Source of the DNA: Squalus acanthias
Lineage: Eukaryota
Direction: 5' to 3'
Length of the DNA stretch: 64,000 bases
Assembly (NCBI GenBank): GCA_030390025.1
Contig: CM059443.1
Coordinates: 50,406,001 to 50,470,000 of the forward strand
The notes below the pieces were generated by a model. It had not been told where the DNA came from and did no database searches. It saw only the letters and a program-made list of their open reading frames with translations. Both the position numbers and the translations under genes were made by a program. Below are positions 61,320-64,000 of this stretch, piece after piece; within the stretch, counting starts at the first letter, position 1; each line of letters starts with the position of its first letter.

Positions 61320-63745
61320 AAAATGCATCAAATTATTAACCAGCAGGAAAACCCAAAGACTGAATCCATTTTTATATCCAGCTGAATCTCTCACCCACTT
61401 CTACACCAATAAGCTGTAAATAGCCAAGCCTTTTACACTTGCATCATTGCCCATCATCAGTTCAAATTTCACAATCATCGCACACTTCCTGCCACTTTGT
61501 ATTGAGGAGGCTTTCGTACTGAGTTCATTTGGATTCACTTCACAGCAGTCCTTGTTGTGTGTGGTGTTCATATTGTAAATAACACCCATTGTTCCAGAGT
61601 TAGGTGCTGAAGCCAAGGGCTGGACAATGAGTCAAATGCCAGGGTTATGAGGGTAAATTCACTGACTCTAACCCCTTCCCGCACCCCGCCAGCAGTGAGC
61701 TCTGCTTGAAGGAGACACAATTTATTAGAGAGCCACAGTGCTAACCCCTGACCCCTGTTTGAGCATGGCTACCGGCATGTAAACAGTAAGTGGGTAGTAA
61801 GAGGCGGGGTGGGGCCTATTAGAGACAAAGAAGGTGATATATGCTTAGAGGTGCAGGGCAAGGTTAGAATATTCAATGAGTACTTTGTATCGGTGTTTAC
61901 TAAGGAGGTGGATGCTGACAAAATATCAGTAGAAGTGGAAAAGGTAGAAGCAATGGAAGGGGTGAAAATTGATTGACAGGATGTACTAGAAAGGCTGGGT
62001 ATGCTTAGAGTGGACAAGTCGCCTGGTCCAGATGGCTTGCATCCCAGGTTGCTAAGGAAATTGGGGGAGGAGATAGCAGAAGGGCTTGCCATAATTTTCC
62101 AATCTTCCCTAGATGCGGGGGAGGTGCCTGAGGATTGGAAAGTGGCAAATGTGACACCATTGTTCAAGAATGTGTGTAACGACAATTCTAGTAACTACAG
62201 GCCGGTTTAACATCAGTGGTGGATAAAGTTTTAGAAATAATAATCAAGGAATTAATTAACAGGCATTTGGAGAGGTTTAAGCTAATTAAGGAGAGCCAAC
62301 ACGGATTTGTAAAAGGCAGATCGTGTTTGACTAATCTAATTGAATTTTTTGATGAAGTAAGAGAGGATCGATGAAGGGAATGCAGTGGATGTTTTCTACA
62401 TGGATTTTCAGATGGCGTTTGACAAAGTACCACATAGAAGGCTGGTTAACAAAATTGAGGCTCATGGAATAGGTGGGTCAGTGGCAGCTTGGATAAGGAA
62501 TTGGCTTAAGGACAGAAAACAGCAAGTTGTGGTAAATGGCTGTTTTTCAGACTGGAGGATGGTAGACAGTGGTGTTCCCCTAGGGTCAGTGCTGGGGCCA
62601 CTGCTTTTTTTGATATATATAAATGACCTGGATATTGGAATACAGAGTAGAATTTCTAAATTGCAGATGACACCAAACTTGGGGGTGTGGCAAACAGTGA
62701 TGATGATATCAATCGACTGCAACAGGACATAGAAAGGCTAGCAGAATGGGCAGACAATTGGCAGATGGAATTTAATACAGAGAAATGTGAGGTGATGCAT
62801 TTTAGCAGAAGGAACAGGGAGAGGCAATATACACTTAATGGCACAGTTTTAAAGAGTGTGCAGGGACAGAGGAACCTGGGAGTTAATGTGCATAGGTCCC
62901 TGAAGGTGGCAGGACATATTGAGAGAGTGGTTAACAAAGCATATGGGATCTTGGGCTTCATAAATAGAGGTAGAGTACAAAATTAGAGAAGTTATGCTGA
63001 ATCTTTATAAAGCGCTGGTTAGGCCACAACTGGAGTATTGCGTCAGGATGTGAAGGCCCTTGAGAGGGTACAGAGGAGATTTACCAAAATGATTCCGGGG
63101 ATGGGGGATCTTAGTTACAAGGACAGGTTGGAGAAGCTGGATTTGTTTTCATTACAGCAAAGGAGGTTGAGGGGTGATTTGATAGAGGCGTACAAGATTA
63201 TGACGGGTTTGGATAGGCTCGACGGGGAAAGGCTGTTCCCACTTGTTGATGGTACAAGGACTAGGGGACACAGATTTAAGGTTTTGGGCAAGAGATACAG
63301 GGGGGACGTGAGGAAAAACTTTTTTACGCAGCGAGTGGTGATGACCTGGAATTTGCTGCCGATGGAAGTGGTGGAAGCGGAGACACTCGATGTTTTCAAG
63401 GGGAGACTGGATAGGTACTTGGGAGAAATAAACTTGCAGGGCTACGGGGATAGAGCGGGGGGAATGGGACTGACTGGATTGCTCTACAGAGGGCCGGCAC
63501 GGACTCGATGGGCTGAATGGCCTCCTTCTGTGGCTCTATGACAAGCAGTGTGGGACTGGTGAATCGTGAAAGTCCTTTTATCTTACTGAGCCATTGTTTA
63601 ATATTTCCAACATTAAAATATAAACTTCTAATTTCAATGTAGTTACACTGTTTTATGCTTTTCAAAATACTGTTCAGAGATCGGCTGGGGGCAGACAATT
63701 TGTACCAAACTTTCCCTTACACAATCGTGAATTTCAGCGTCCTCA
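61320..63745. repeat. Start of a fourth array unit (conserved inter-gene block)
   Basis: Homologous to 6520-7190, 25760-26490 and 49730-50400, interrupted by the CR1 above. Confidence 0.85.
61771..63540 (+). mobile_element. 5'-truncated CR1 LINE
   Basis: RT fragments 62001-63541; inserted into the conserved block whose empty form is catggctgcccacaagg (6961, 26117, 50173). Confidence 0.88.
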
Positions 63746-64000
63746 CCCCTCCCCCACAATCCCCACTCCCCCCCCTCTCTCCTCCCACTTTGCCCTCTAC
63801 CCCTGCGCCCTCCCCCCACCACAGTATCTAAACAGAGGAAATGCATGATGCCCCATCAGGGAAAGCTCCGTACCAAATGACCACATTTAACCAGCAGCTC
63901 ACCACAGCAACAGGAAGCACTCGGACCGTGAGGGTTTATGGGAGAATCAGTGCAATTCACTTCCCCTTTTGAAAGCATCTGTATTTGGTTTGATTTCATT

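Overview
Eukaryotic, repeat-rich vertebrate DNA, most likely from a cartilaginous fish (shark). This is inferred from the repeat mix: CR1 LINEs with an SGNH-esterase ORF1, Deu-domain tRNA SINEs, L2 remnants and Penelope-like elements. Most long ORFs in the track are retroelement fragments or microsatellite artefacts. Between them, on the minus strand, is a tandem array of a multi-exon immunoglobulin-superfamily receptor gene that I rebuilt by hand from splice sites and exon phases. Gene A (CDS 23477->9081, ~545 aa) and gene B (43520->28949, ~546 aa) look intact. Copy C (56149->~50588) is a pseudogene, and the flank of a fourth unit starts at ~61320. The predicted protein has a signal peptide, an atypical Cys-rich Trp-less Ig-like domain, a V-type Ig domain with extra Cys, an S/T-rich stalk with duplicated 33-bp mini-exons, and an uncharged Cys-rich TM. 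Its long tail carries ITIM-like motifs and a terminal overlapping NPxY/YxxM motif (NPIYAKM). The ectodomains differ mostly by amino-acid-changing substitutions. Other points: two solo LTRs with 4-bp TSDs (one may unlock a cryptic exon), Penelope elements with hammerhead-ribozyme cores, a 22-bp micro-inversion, and two N-gaps in the same intron of A and C. I do not recognise a specific orthologue, so no gene symbols are given.
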